DNA of 64,000 nt from Flavipsychrobacter sp. (GCA_041392855.1 JAWKLD010000002.1:202706-266705); one strand, 5' to 3'. Numbered from the stretch's first letter, positions 37,891-47,119 are shown. Notes: generated from the sequence alone by a model not told the origin. Made by a program: numbers and translations.

Positions 37891-40239
37891 ATGATTCCCA
37901 ACCCCATTTCCGTATCCTTCAAAATGGGCGACGGACGTGAAGTTAGCATAGAGACGGGTAGAATGGCCCGCCAAGCCGATGGTGCTGTAGTAGTACGCAT
38001 GGGCAATTGTATGTTACTCGCTACTGTTGTTGCAGCAAAAGAACCTAAACCCGGACAATCATTCTTCCCGCTAAGTGTAGATTATCAAGAAAAATTTGCT
38101 TCTGCTGGTCGTATACCAGGGTCGTTCTTTAAACGTGAAGGTCGTATTAGCGATTCTGAAATTTTAGTATCTCGTCTTGTAGACCGTGCTTTGCGTCCTC
38201 TATTCCCTAATGAGTATAGATGCGATGTACAAGTACTTATATCTCTTATATCATCTGACCCTGAAGTTGCTCCAGACGCACTAGCTTGCCTTGCTGCATC
38301 TGCAGCAATGTCTGTATCAGAAGTGCCTATTGAAGAAGTAATTTCTGAAGTAAGAGTAGCTCGTATAGATGGTGAATATGTTATTAACCCTAAGCCTTCT
38401 CAAATAGATGGCGCAGACATGAACTTCATCATTGCTGCTACTGAGAAAAACATCATGATGGTAGAGGGCGAGTCTAAAGAGTGTCAGGAAGAAGATGTCA
38501 TCAAAGCTATCGAAATAGCACACGCTGCTATACGCGAGCAAATAAAAGCACAGCTTGAGCTTAGAGCAAAAGTAGGTGTTACTTCAAGACGTGAAGTGAC
38601 TGTTCCATACGAAAACGAAGAACTTAAGAAGCGTATTGAAGAGTTTGCCTCTGCTAGGATATTGGAAGCTGCAAAAGCTGCTAGCCCTAAACATGAGCGT
38701 AGCGATGCTTTAAAAGCTATTCGTGACGACTTTGATGCTAGCATAGCAGAAGAAGAAATGAGCGAAGAAGATCAAGCTCTAGTAAGCAAATACTTTGGCA
38801 AAACGGAGAAGACAATAATCCGTAACATGGTGCTTGATACACGCAAGCGTCTTGACGGTCGTGAGCTAAACCAAGTACGTCCACTTACCATTGAAGTTGA
38901 TCCACTACCGTCACCACATGGCTCTGCATTATTTACCCGTGGTGAAACGCAATCTTTAACAACAGTTACACTAGGTACAAGTGTAGATGAGCTACTGGTT
39001 GAAACAGCAGCTACATCTGACTACCAAAAATTCATACTGCACTACAACTTCCCTCCATTCTCTACAGGAGAAACAAGACCAATGCGTGGTCCTGGGCGTA
39101 GAGAGGTAGGTCATGGTGCTTTGGCAAGACGTTCTCTAGCGCAAATGCTGCCTAAAGACGAAGACTTCCCATACACTATACGTATAGTATCTGACATATT
39201 AGAATCTAATGGTTCTTCTTCTATGGCTACAGTTTGTGCCGGTTCATTAGCAATGATGGATGCAGGTATCCCTTACCCTAAACACGTAAGTGGTGTGGCA
39301 ATGGGTATGATCGCCGAAGGAGATAAATATGCGATACTAACGGATATACTTGGTGATGAAGATCACTTGGGTGACATGGATTTTAAAGTAACTGGTACTC
39401 GTGATGGTATCTGTGGTATCCAGATGGATATTAAGGTAGATGGTTTAAGCATGGAAGTATTAGGTCAAGCATTAGCACAAGCTCGTGAAGGCCGCCTACA
39501 CATACTAGATGCTATGTATGAGACCATTCCTTCTCCTCGTGCTGAATTTAAACCACAAACTCCAAGAATTGAACAATTGATCATCGATCGCGAATTTATC
39601 GGTGCTGTAATAGGACCAGGCGGTAAGATCATTCAAGAGATTCAACGTGAGACAGGTGCTACTGTAAATATTGAAGAAGTAGACAACAAAGGTGTTGTTA
39701 AGATATTCTCTTCTAATAAAGAGACTATTGACAAAGCACTTACTTGGATAAAAGGTATCGTAGCTGAGCCAGAAATTGGCGAAACTTATGAGGGTAAAGT
39801 AAAATCAATAGTTCCATTTGGTGCATTTATTGAGTTTATGCCTGGTAAAGAAGGGCTACTACACATTTCTGAGGTTAGCTGGTCTCGTTTAGATACACTT
39901 GAGGGTGTTATGGCTGAAGGTGATACTGTAAAGATCAAACTAATAGGTACTGATCCTAAGTCTGGCAAACTTCGCCTTAGCCGCAAGGTGTTAATGGAGA
40001 AGCCGGAAGGGTATGTAGAGCCTGAAAAGCGCGAGCGCAGAGGTGGTGATGACCGCAGAGGCGACCGTAGAGGTGGTGGTGATAGAAGAGGTGGTGACCG
40101 TCGTGACAATCGCAGAGGCGGTGACGACCGTAGAGGCGAGCGCCGTGAAAGACCAAGACCAGAGAACAATGGTAGCAAAGAACAAAAACCAGAGCAACCG
40201 CAACAAGACGACAACAACGATGCAGACATGAAACTGTAA
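37891..40239 (+). CDS. pnp: polyribonucleotide nucleotidyltransferase (PNPase) with Arg/Gly-rich C-terminal extension
   Basis: Two RNase PH domains, KH (IGAVIGPGGKIIQEIQ), S1 (GETYEGKVKSIVPFGAFIEF), then a 75-aa extra tail; downstream of rpsO. Confidence 0.96.
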   Translation: MIPNPISVSFKMGDGREVSIETGRMARQADGAVVVRMGNCMLLATVVAAKEPKPGQSFFPLSVDYQEKFASAGRIPGSFFKREGRISDSEILVSRLVDRALRPLFPNEYRCDVQVLISLISSDPEVAPDALACLAASAAMSVSEVPIEEVISEVRVARIDGEYVINPKPSQIDGADMNFIIAATEKNIMMVEGESKECQEEDVIKAIEIAHAAIREQIKAQLELRAKVGVTSRREVTVPYENEELKKRIEEFASARILEAAKAASPKHERSDALKAIRDDFDASIAEEEMSEEDQALVSKYFGKTEKTIIRNMVLDTRKRLDGRELNQVRPLTIEVDPLPSPHGSALFTRGETQSLTTVTLGTSVDELLVETAATSDYQKFILHYNFPPFSTGETRPMRGPGRREVGHGALARRSLAQMLPKDEDFPYTIRIVSDILESNGSSSMATVCAGSLAMMDAGIPYPKHVSGVAMGMIAEGDKYAILTDILGDEDHLGDMDFKVTGTRDGICGIQMDIKVDGLSMEVLGQALAQAREGRLHILDAMYETIPSPRAEFKPQTPRIEQLIIDREFIGAVIGPGGKIIQEIQRETGATVNIEEVDNKGVVKIFSSNKETIDKALTWIKGIVAEPEIGETYEGKVKSIVPFGAFIEFMPGKEGLLHISEVSWSRLDTLEGVMAEGDTVKIKLIGTDPKSGKLRLSRKVLMEKPEGYVEPEKRERRGGDDRRGDRRGGGDRRGGDRRDNRRGGDDRRGERRERPRPENNGSKEQKPEQPQQDDNNDADMKL
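40030..40155 (+). repeat. degenerate in-frame tandem repeat (12-18 nt units, GAC CGY AGA GGY GGT) encoding RRGG(D/E) units of the PNPase tail
   Basis: Read directly: cgcagaggtggtgatgac cgcagaggcgac cgtagaggtggtggtgat agaagaggtggtgac cgtcgtgacaat cgcagaggcggtgacgac cgtagaggcgag cgccgtgaa. Confidence 0.85.
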
Positions 40240-40259
40240 TCTTTGAAGTTAATATCACT

Positions 40260-40289
40260 AAGCCTCGCATTAAATGCGAGGCTTTTTTG
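40260..40289 (+). terminator. intrinsic terminator after pnp
   Basis: AAGCCTCGCAT taa ATGCGAGGCTT then TTTTT. Confidence 0.85.
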
Positions 40290-40336
40290 TATCCATTCTC
40301 AATTGCCTATGTACTTCTTTTCAGTATATTGCTATT

Positions 40337-41239
40337 ATGGAATCAAACGATGCTATTAGAGAAATCCTGTATAACCCAATGATACAAAAGGGTGTGGCTG
40401 TTTTTGTTGGTGTAGCTATTATTTGGGGTATCATAAAACTGTTGCAAAAGAACCTTGCATCTAGAATCAAGAACAATGAAGCCAGATATAAAACCAGAAA
40501 ACTCACTTCATTTATTGGTTTTCTCCTTACTGCTTTACTCGTCACGATCGTATTTAGCGAAAGACTAGGCGGGCTTACCGTTGCCATAGGCGTTGCGGGT
40601 GCAGGTATTGCCTTTGCACTACAAGAAGTAATCGTGAGTGTTGCGGGATGGATGGCCATTATATTTGGCAACTTCTACAAAACAGGAGACAGGGTACAAC
40701 TAGGAGGTATTAAAGGCGATGTAATAGACATAGGAGTATTGCGTACAACCATTATGGAAACAGGAGAATGGGTAGATGGTGACCTATATAATGGTAGAAT
40801 TGTACTAGTAGCTAATAGTTTTGTTTTCAAAGAACCAGTCTTCAACTACTCCGGAGATTTTGGATTTCTTTGGGATGAGCTTAAGCTTCCCGTACAGTTT
40901 AGCAGCAATTTTGACAAAGCAAGGTCCATGTTATTAGCTATAGCAAAAGAAGCAGTTGGAGAATACACCGTTGGGGCTAACAAAGAATGGGAAGCTATGC
41001 TCAGAAAATACAGAATAGAGAATGCAAAAACAGAACCACAAGTATCATTGGCGATAATAGATGGAGGTGCTGTTTTCACGCTCAGGTATGTTGTAGATTT
41101 TAAACTAAGAAGAAGTATAAAGGACAAGATATATAGTCGTATTCTGGAGCAAGTAAAAACTGCTGACGACATTTTCTTACCTGCAAGCACCATACAAATA
41201 ACTGATGCTCCAGATATCAATGTAAAAATCAAAGAATAG
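40337..41239 (+). CDS. MscS-family mechanosensitive channel
   Basis: TM helices followed by GDRVQLGGIKGDVIDIGVLRTTI beta-domain motif; ATG at 40337 because the pnp terminator overlaps the ORF-track start at 40274. Confidence 0.8.
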   Translation: MESNDAIREILYNPMIQKGVAVFVGVAIIWGIIKLLQKNLASRIKNNEARYKTRKLTSFIGFLLTALLVTIVFSERLGGLTVAIGVAGAGIAFALQEVIVSVAGWMAIIFGNFYKTGDRVQLGGIKGDVIDIGVLRTTIMETGEWVDGDLYNGRIVLVANSFVFKEPVFNYSGDFGFLWDELKLPVQFSSNFDKARSMLLAIAKEAVGEYTVGANKEWEAMLRKYRIENAKTEPQVSLAIIDGGAVFTLRYVVDFKLRRSIKDKIYSRILEQVKTADDIFLPASTIQITDAPDINVKIKE

Positions 41240-42380
41240 ACTCATACACTTCCATCACCTTAGCGGCACAGCTCTCAGGTGTAAAGTTTTGTGCATGTTG
41301 TAGTCCTTTCTCTATCATCGTAGATCGACGCTCTGCATTAGTGGCTATATCATACATTTCATTAGCCATAAGCTGCTCGTCCATAGGATCAATTAAACAG
41401 GCAGCATCTCCCCCTACCTCTACCAAGCTCGACTGGTCGGATGTAATTACGGGTATAGCACTCCATAAAGCCTCTAATACAGGCAGACCAAACCCTTCAT
41501 ATACGGATGGATATATCATGGCTGTAGCCATTTGATAAATAGCAGGAAAATCGAGCGAGTTTTTATAGCGAGGCTCGTTTGCAGCATACTCCTGTTCTGA
41601 TAAGAAGATAATGCTTTCCTCCAGTCGGTTTTCAGTAATGTATTGTTTTACTTTTTGAAAATAACTCCCTCCGCTACCGATAACAACTAAAGGTATTGAC
41701 AATTTGTTTTGGAGCAGCTTCATTGCTTTGCATATGGTCAGCAAATTCTTCCTATCTACTACGGAGCCAACATACAAGAAGTATTCCTTAGGCAGGCCAT
41801 ACCTTGCTCTCACCGCTTCTTTTTCTTCCTCTCTTAATAGCAGCTGGAAAATAGCATTGCAAGATTGATAACATACTTCGATCTTTTGCGGGTCTATGTT
41901 GTAAAACTCCACAATATCATCACGTGTCTGTTTACTTATAGCTATTACCTTGTCTGCTTTTTTGCATGCATATTTAAACTTGCTTCTGTATATAGCTGTA
42001 TCTATTGCACCATCGTGGTGGGCATAGCGTTCAAAAATAAGGTCATGTATAGTAACTACTGTTTTGATACCCGTTTTATGTATCCCTAGTGGTATTTCAT
42101 TACTCAACCCGTGATATAGGTCTATTTTCAATTTCTTTAGATCGGTCTTCATCAAGTTGGCACGCCATATAGAACGGAGACTGCTTGAGATACCTGAAGG
42201 CTCAATGATGTGTACATTATTGTATTGAGATGCATCAAACCTATCTGTTTTTTTAGGTGCCATGAGATAATACTCGTGCTCAGCAAACCCCTCAAAAATA
42301 GAAGTAAGTAATGTGCGGCTGTAGTGCCCTAAACCTGTAAAATTTTGAAACGCCCTTTTTGCGTCGAAAGCAATACGCAT
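41229..42380 (-). CDS. glycosyltransferase family 4 (GT-B)
   Basis: YPSVYEGFGLPVLEA motif and GT-B layout. Confidence 0.8.
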   Translation of the reverse strand: MRIAFDAKRAFQNFTGLGHYSRTLLTSIFEGFAEHEYYLMAPKKTDRFDASQYNNVHIIEPSGISSSLRSIWRANLMKTDLKKLKIDLYHGLSNEIPLGIHKTGIKTVVTIHDLIFERYAHHDGAIDTAIYRSKFKYACKKADKVIAISKQTRDDIVEFYNIDPQKIEVCYQSCNAIFQLLLREEEKEAVRARYGLPKEYFLYVGSVVDRKNLLTICKAMKLLQNKLSIPLVVIGSGGSYFQKVKQYITENRLEESIIFLSEQEYAANEPRYKNSLDFPAIYQMATAMIYPSVYEGFGLPVLEALWSAIPVITSDQSSLVEVGGDAACLIDPMDEQLMANEMYDIATNAERRSTMIEKGLQHAQNFTPESCAAKVMEVYESIL

Positions 42381-42412
42381 AATCGTTCTATTGCCAAGAA
42401 AAGTAGTAAATA

Positions 42413-43021
42413 TTATACGCTTTGGCTAATGTTGATATCTAGTTCTTGGTTTCGTAAAAGATATTTACCTAAAATATCAAACTCTAAATTTACTCTATGA
42501 CCTTGTTCCAATGCAAAGAAATTGGTGTGCTCATAGGTATAAGGAATTATTGTGACGGTGAATGTGTCATGTCCCACATTAAACAACGTAAGGCTAACAC
42601 CATTGATACAAATGCTCCCCTTCTCTATAGTTAGTTTTGCAAACTCCTTAGGGAAAGAAAAGCTAAACAACCAGCTACCCTCAAGCTCCTTCTTTTCAGT
42701 ACAAATTGCTACAGTATCAACATGTCCCTGAACAAAATGCCCATCTAGCCTATCACCAACTTTAAGCGCTCTTTCTAAGTTTAACCTATTACCTATTTGC
42801 CAATCACCTAGACTTGTTTTTTGCAATGTTTCAGCAACAGCTGTCACTTTATAAGCATCTCCGTCAATAGCTACTACAGTAAGACATACACCATTATGTG
42901 CTACAGACTGATCTATTTTCAGTTCGCCAGTAATAGACGACTTTACCCAAAAGTCTATATTAGTACCATTGGGTTGTATATCCTGTACTACACCTACATT
43001 CTCTATTATGCCGGTAAACAT
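42413..43021 (-). CDS. ribE: riboflavin synthase alpha chain
   Basis: MFTGIIE start, duplicated lumazine-binding repeats (SVAHNGVCLTV / SICINGVSLT). Confidence 0.92.
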   Translation of the reverse strand: MFTGIIENVGVVQDIQPNGTNIDFWVKSSITGELKIDQSVAHNGVCLTVVAIDGDAYKVTAVAETLQKTSLGDWQIGNRLNLERALKVGDRLDGHFVQGHVDTVAICTEKKELEGSWLFSFSFPKEFAKLTIEKGSICINGVSLTLFNVGHDTFTVTIIPYTYEHTNFFALEQGHRVNLEFDILGKYLLRNQELDINISQSV

Positions 43022-43028
43022 GCTTAGA

Positions 43029-43580
43029 TTATTTTTTATACGCCGTTCCTAAGTGAAAATTAAGACCAGTGTCACTAGCTACTGTAATATTAACCGATAG
43101 CTTTGTGCTATCATTTTTATCTTTTATTAGATAGCCCGAAAGCGTATCTACTGTACGGCATACAATTTGCCCATCTAACACAACGGAATCATTTGTAATG
43201 GTAGAGTCCGCATACGATCTATAAAACCTATCTGCTGTCAAACGAATAGAATCAGTATTGCTACAAAAACCTGTTACTCTCAATATGTTATTGCTGTTAG
43301 CGTAAATAGTGAGTGTAATATCATTTACCTTTTTCAACTCAAGGTTTGCGTTATAAATGGAGTCTGAAAATGAATAAACGCCTACAAATATATCTTTTGG
43401 GTAAAAACAGGTAGTATTATCAGGCCTACCTGGGAACCCCCAATTATAATTAATAGCCTCAGGATCGTTACAATAAGGGTTAGTCAGCTTATCCGATATA
43501 TCGGGTCCTTCATTATCCGACTTGCTACAAGCAGCCAGAAAGACTAAAAAGACCAATATTATTCCTTTACAATTCCTCAT
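43029..43580 (-). CDS. hypothetical lipoprotein
   Basis: Signal peptide with lipobox FLAAC; no recognisable domain. Confidence 0.5.
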   Translation of the reverse strand: MRNCKGIILVFLVFLAACSKSDNEGPDISDKLTNPYCNDPEAINYNWGFPGRPDNTTCFYPKDIFVGVYSFSDSIYNANLELKKVNDITLTIYANSNNILRVTGFCSNTDSIRLTADRFYRSYADSTITNDSVVLDGQIVCRTVDTLSGYLIKDKNDSTKLSVNITVASDTGLNFHLGTAYKK

Positions 43581-43619
43581 ATCGCTTTATAATACAATAC
43601 ACTAACGTAAGATATTCCT

Positions 43620-43627
43620 CAAAATTA
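43620..43627 (-). promoter_or_regulatory. -7 box TAATTTTG upstream of the lipoprotein-ribE pair
   Basis: Exact TAnnTTTG, 40 nt before the ATG at 43580. Confidence 0.45.
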
Positions 43628-43656
43628 TCTAGAATAAAACATATAAACATAAAAAG

Positions 43657-43688
43657 TTTGTACAAATAATGAATTATGCATAACTTTG
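43657..43688 (+). promoter_or_regulatory. rpsU promoter: -33 TTTG (43657-43660) plus -7 TAACTTTG (43681-43688)
   Basis: Both elements of the Bacteroidota sigma-A consensus with a 20-nt spacer, 36 nt before the ATG. Confidence 0.55.
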
Positions 43689-43706
43689 CAGTCCTCAAAA
43701 AACCAA

Positions 43707-43715
43707 AAAGGGGGT
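43707..43715 (+). promoter_or_regulatory. Shine-Dalgarno-like purine run (AAAGGGGGT) 9 nt upstream of the rpsU ATG
   Basis: G-run at 43710-43714, ATG at 43724; the other start sites I inspected in the window have A/T-rich leaders without a G-run. Confidence 0.6.
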
Positions 43716-43723
43716 ATAATATT

Positions 43724-43927
43724 ATGTTGATTATTGATTCAAAAGATTGTGAAAACATTGATAAGGCGCTGAAGAAGTACAAAAAGAAGTATGAGAAATC
43801 TCGTACCCTTAATCAATTGCGTGCACGTCAGCACTTTACAAAGAAATCAGTTAAGAGACGCCACGAGGTCTTAAAGGCTATCTATCTACAAGAGATAGAG
43901 TGTGGTATCAGAGAAAGAAAAAGATAA
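43724..43927 (+). CDS. rpsU: 30S ribosomal protein S21
   Basis: MLIIDSKDCENIDKALKKYKKKYEKSRTLNQLRARQHFTKKSVKRR; ATG at 43724 preceded by an SD-like G-run. Confidence 0.9.
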   Translation: MLIIDSKDCENIDKALKKYKKKYEKSRTLNQLRARQHFTKKSVKRRHEVLKAIYLQEIECGIRERKR

Positions 43928-43966
43928 GCACAACTTTAACATAGTTGTACTAGCATAGCTATTGTG

Positions 43967-44007
43967 ACTGGTATTGTAAATTGTTATATTTACAATACCA
44001 GTTTTTT
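43967..44007 (+). terminator. intrinsic terminator after rpsU
   Basis: Perfect 15-bp stem ACTGGTATTGTAAAT / ATTTACAATACCAGT, 6-nt loop, then TTTTT. Confidence 0.75.
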
Positions 44008-44898
44008 ATGATAGAACAGTGGCTAACGGACTTTTTACAATATCTCAAATTTGAGAAGCGCTACGCTGCTCATACGCTTACTGCTTACAGTAAAGACTTA
44101 CAACAATTTACTGCATATATAGCCGGAGAGTTTGAGATAACTCACCCAAAAGCCATTAAGCATTTCCATATAAGGAGCTGGTTAGCCAGTTTAAAAGACG
44201 ATAAACACACGGTTAGCACCATAAACCGAAAAATATCCAGCTTAAGCTCATTCTACAAATATTTACTACGCTTATCAATAGTAGAGCAGAATCCTGTGAA
44301 ACTATTACACGCTTTGCGTAAAGAGGAACGCCTGCCATCCTATATGAAAGAGGAAGAAACAGACTTCCTATTACATGAAATACAATTTGACGAAGGATTT
44401 AAAGGTGCTACAGATAGGTTAATATGTGACCTTTTGTACCAGACAGGTATGCGTAGAAGCGAGCTTATACACCTAAAAGAGCAGGATATAGAGTGGTCGC
44501 TCAAGCAAATAAGAGTGCTAGGTAAAGGGAACAAAGAGCGTTTAATCCCTATTAGTGAAGAACTAAGCAGATCTATACGGTTTTATATAGAAGATAAAAA
44601 AGCTATAACCTGTGATACTAATGGAGAGCTATTAGTGCTTACCAGTGGCAAGCCGCTATATGCAGGATATGTGTACAAGATCGTACAAAAGTACTTAGGT
44701 ATGTCAACCACGCTTTCTAAAAAGAGCCCTCACATACTGAGGCATACTTTTGCTACACATTTATTAAATAAAGGAGCCAATATACAAGCTATTAAAGAAT
44801 TACTTGGGCATAGCAGTCTTGCTGCAACTCAGGTATATACACATAATAATATTGATAAATTAAAAGAAATACATAAGGAGCGTCATCCTAGGGGATGA
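44008..44898 (+). CDS. tyrosine recombinase, XerC/XerD family
   Basis: N-terminal SAM-like core-binding domain, catalytic R...HxLRH...Y (HILRHTFATHLL, LGHSSLAATQVYTH); ATG at 44008 lies downstream of the rpsU terminator. Confidence 0.85.
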   Translation: MIEQWLTDFLQYLKFEKRYAAHTLTAYSKDLQQFTAYIAGEFEITHPKAIKHFHIRSWLASLKDDKHTVSTINRKISSLSSFYKYLLRLSIVEQNPVKLLHALRKEERLPSYMKEEETDFLLHEIQFDEGFKGATDRLICDLLYQTGMRRSELIHLKEQDIEWSLKQIRVLGKGNKERLIPISEELSRSIRFYIEDKKAITCDTNGELLVLTSGKPLYAGYVYKIVQKYLGMSTTLSKKSPHILRHTFATHLLNKGANIQAIKELLGHSSLAATQVYTHNNIDKLKEIHKERHPRG

Positions 44899-44930
44899 CG
44901 CTTCATTGATAACAATAAAAATGTTTTAAT

Positions 44931-45230
44931 ATGAATGTGCAAATCCAAAGCGTGCACTTCGACGCTGACTCTAAATTGTTGGAACATGTGAACAAGAAAA
45001 TAGAAAAGTTAAGTACGTTCCATGATCACATTATAGGAGTAGAAGTATACTTAAAACTTGACAATGTAGCCCACACCATTAAGGACAAAGTAGCCGAGAT
45101 CAAAGTATACGTACCTAAGCATTCTTTTTTCGTAAAACACCAGTCTAAAGGCTTTGAACAGTCTTTTGACCATGCTTTTGACTCTATGGTAAATCGTATA
45201 AAAAAGCAGAAAGAAAAGATGTTAGCTTAA
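44931..45230 (+). CDS. hpf: ribosome hibernation promoting factor / RaiA family (short form)
   Basis: About 99 aa, MNVQIQSVHFDAD ... typical S30AE/HPF fold sequence. Confidence 0.85.
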   Translation: MNVQIQSVHFDADSKLLEHVNKKIEKLSTFHDHIIGVEVYLKLDNVAHTIKDKVAEIKVYVPKHSFFVKHQSKGFEQSFDHAFDSMVNRIKKQKEKMLA

Positions 45231-45255
45231 CATAAAATATTATCTTAGATGTAAC

Positions 45256-45294
45256 AAATCCGGCTTTTTATAATAAATGCCGGATTTATTTTTC
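45256..45294 (+). terminator. terminator after hpf
   Basis: AAATCCGGC (14-nt loop) GCCGGATTT then ATTTTT. Confidence 0.55.
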
Positions 45295-45357
45295 AATCAT
45301 CTTGCAATAAAAGCCTAAAACGCCTATTTTGCATATCTAATGACTAATTATCGAATC

Positions 45358-46476
45358 ATGGTGCAACGTTGGATAAAGAACATTGTTGTCTTTACAGCTG
45401 CGACTGTATTCCTTACTGCATGTACAGAAAAGGAATTTAGTAAGGATGAACCGTTGGAGAAAACCTATTATGCGTCTCTTTACATCAGTAGCCAAAATCA
45501 AGTATTATATGCCTTAAAGCCAAATTCAGGCGATAAGCTATGGGAAATCAACATAGGTACAAACCTTACCTCTAGTCCTTTAGTACTTGGAGATAAGCTT
45601 ATATTAGGTACTGACAAAGGGTTAATGATAATTGATGCTAAAAAAGGCACCACTATTAGCACTATTGCAGAAGTAAAATCTACACAATCTTCTCCTACAG
45701 GTGAAGGCAATATCGTGTACATTGGTACAGATGACAGTAAGGTAGTAGCAGTAAATCTTGATGATAATACTATCAAATGGACATTTAACACGACAAGTGC
45801 TGTTAACTCGTCTCCTACCATATCTAACGGTCAAGTATTTGTTGCGTCTAGTAATGCTGTTTATTCATTAGACCAAGCATCAGGCACCAAAGTCTGGGAG
45901 TTTTTACCAACTGGCGGAGGTACTTTCTTTGCGTCTCCTGCAATTGAACTTCCTTATTTATACATTGGTAGCAATGATGGTAACCTTTACACATTGAAAG
46001 TAACAGACGGTAGCCTTGCATGGCAATATGCAACTACAGGTCCGATCAAGAGTTCCCCAATCGTTTATGGTGGTAATATCATATTCGGTAGTGATGATAA
46101 TAAAATATACTGTATCGATAGTGCTGCTAAAAAAGAACGTTGGATATACACTACTACAGAGCGTGTAGTATCATCTCCTTATGGCTATGGCAACGTAGTA
46201 TATGTAGGAGGTTTCGACCATACGTTTTATGCGCTTAACGTAATAGATGGTGAGGTTAAATGGCGCTACAAGACTAATGGACTGATCAAATCATCTCCTC
46301 TTGCACACGAGGGTACTGTATACATTGGAAGCTTTGACAAAACCTTGTATGCATTTGATACTTCAGGTGCTCTTAAATGGTCACGCGACATTGATGGTTC
46401 TATAGAAGCATCTCCAGTAATTTTCGACTTGCAAAAAGCATTCTATCCATCATTGAGTGGCAAGTCTCTGAACTAA
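45358..46476 (+). CDS. PQQ-like beta-propeller repeat lipoprotein (BamB-like fold)
   Basis: Lipobox FLTAC; repeated G-x-[VI]-[YF]-[VI]-G-[ST]-x-D-x-x-[VL]-Y-[AC] blades; ATG at 45340 is an alternative start. Confidence 0.7.
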   Translation: MVQRWIKNIVVFTAATVFLTACTEKEFSKDEPLEKTYYASLYISSQNQVLYALKPNSGDKLWEINIGTNLTSSPLVLGDKLILGTDKGLMIIDAKKGTTISTIAEVKSTQSSPTGEGNIVYIGTDDSKVVAVNLDDNTIKWTFNTTSAVNSSPTISNGQVFVASSNAVYSLDQASGTKVWEFLPTGGGTFFASPAIELPYLYIGSNDGNLYTLKVTDGSLAWQYATTGPIKSSPIVYGGNIIFGSDDNKIYCIDSAAKKERWIYTTTERVVSSPYGYGNVVYVGGFDHTFYALNVIDGEVKWRYKTNGLIKSSPLAHEGTVYIGSFDKTLYAFDTSGALKWSRDIDGSIEASPVIFDLQKAFYPSLSGKSLN

Positions 46477-46499
46477 ATAATTACAACACTTTTATAATC

Positions 46500-46533
46500 A
46501 AAAAAGCACTGATAGTATTATCAGTGCTTTTTT
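46500..46533. terminator. bidirectional terminator between the PQQ-like propeller gene and the ferritin gene
   Basis: AAAAA-AGCACTGATA-gtat-TATCAGTGCT-TTTTT. Confidence 0.8.
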
Positions 46534-46558
46534 ATGTCTTGTTATAGCATTATTAAAC

Positions 46559-47071
46559 TTAGCCCCCTTTGTTAACAGTAGACCTATGTTGCATGATATC
46601 TCTATCAAACAAATAAATACCACTCTTCTCATCACCTACTAGTTCCAACTTATCATTCAAGGTTCTAGCCAAGCGTTCCTCTTCTATTTGTTCTGAAACA
46701 TACCATTGTAGGAAATTATGGGTAGCAAAATCCTTTTCAGTTAACGCAAGACCCACAAGAGCATTTATACTTTCAGACACTTTCACTTCATGATTTAAAA
46801 ACTCCTTAAAGACATTATTAAGTGATTTAAACGTGATGATCGGCTGCGCCAGTGCAGGCACTATTGCAAAACCTCCACGCTCGTTAATATATCTTATAAG
46901 CTTCAACATATGAACTCTTTCTTCATCGGCCTGTTGATAAAAAAACTCCGTAACTCCATCTAGCCCTGGCTGTATTTCTGCCCAAGAGGCCATTGCCAAA
47001 TAAGCCTGTGAAGACTCGGCTTCCATAGCTACTTGTTTATTCAATGCTTCTTGTATTGATTTTTCTAACAT
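46559..47071 (-). CDS. non-haem ferritin
   Basis: Ferroxidase-centre residues in EAESSQAYLAMASW ... EERVHMLKL ... HEVKVSE; about 170 aa. Confidence 0.88.
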   Translation of the reverse strand: MLEKSIQEALNKQVAMEAESSQAYLAMASWAEIQPGLDGVTEFFYQQADEERVHMLKLIRYINERGGFAIVPALAQPIITFKSLNNVFKEFLNHEVKVSESINALVGLALTEKDFATHNFLQWYVSEQIEEERLARTLNDKLELVGDEKSGIYLFDRDIMQHRSTVNKGG

Positions 47072-47119
47072 AGTGTAGTATTTATACTTAAAATAAGGAA
47101 AACAACAAGATAAATGAAA

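Noticed and set aside
39786-40270. Four extra ORFs (39786..40229-, 39977..40270-, 39991..40206-, 40043..40231+) overlapping the 3' end of pnp
   Set aside because: They are artefacts of the GC-rich RRGGD-coding tandem repeat, which lacks stop codons in most frames. They have no independent start context, and the low-complexity translations mirror the repeat.
44008-44898. Tyrosine recombinase as a marker of an integrated mobile element
   Set aside because: It sits in the conserved rpsU - xer - hpf housekeeping context. No flanking direct repeats, tRNA target or cargo genes are present. It is consistent with a chromosomal Xer-type dimer-resolution recombinase.
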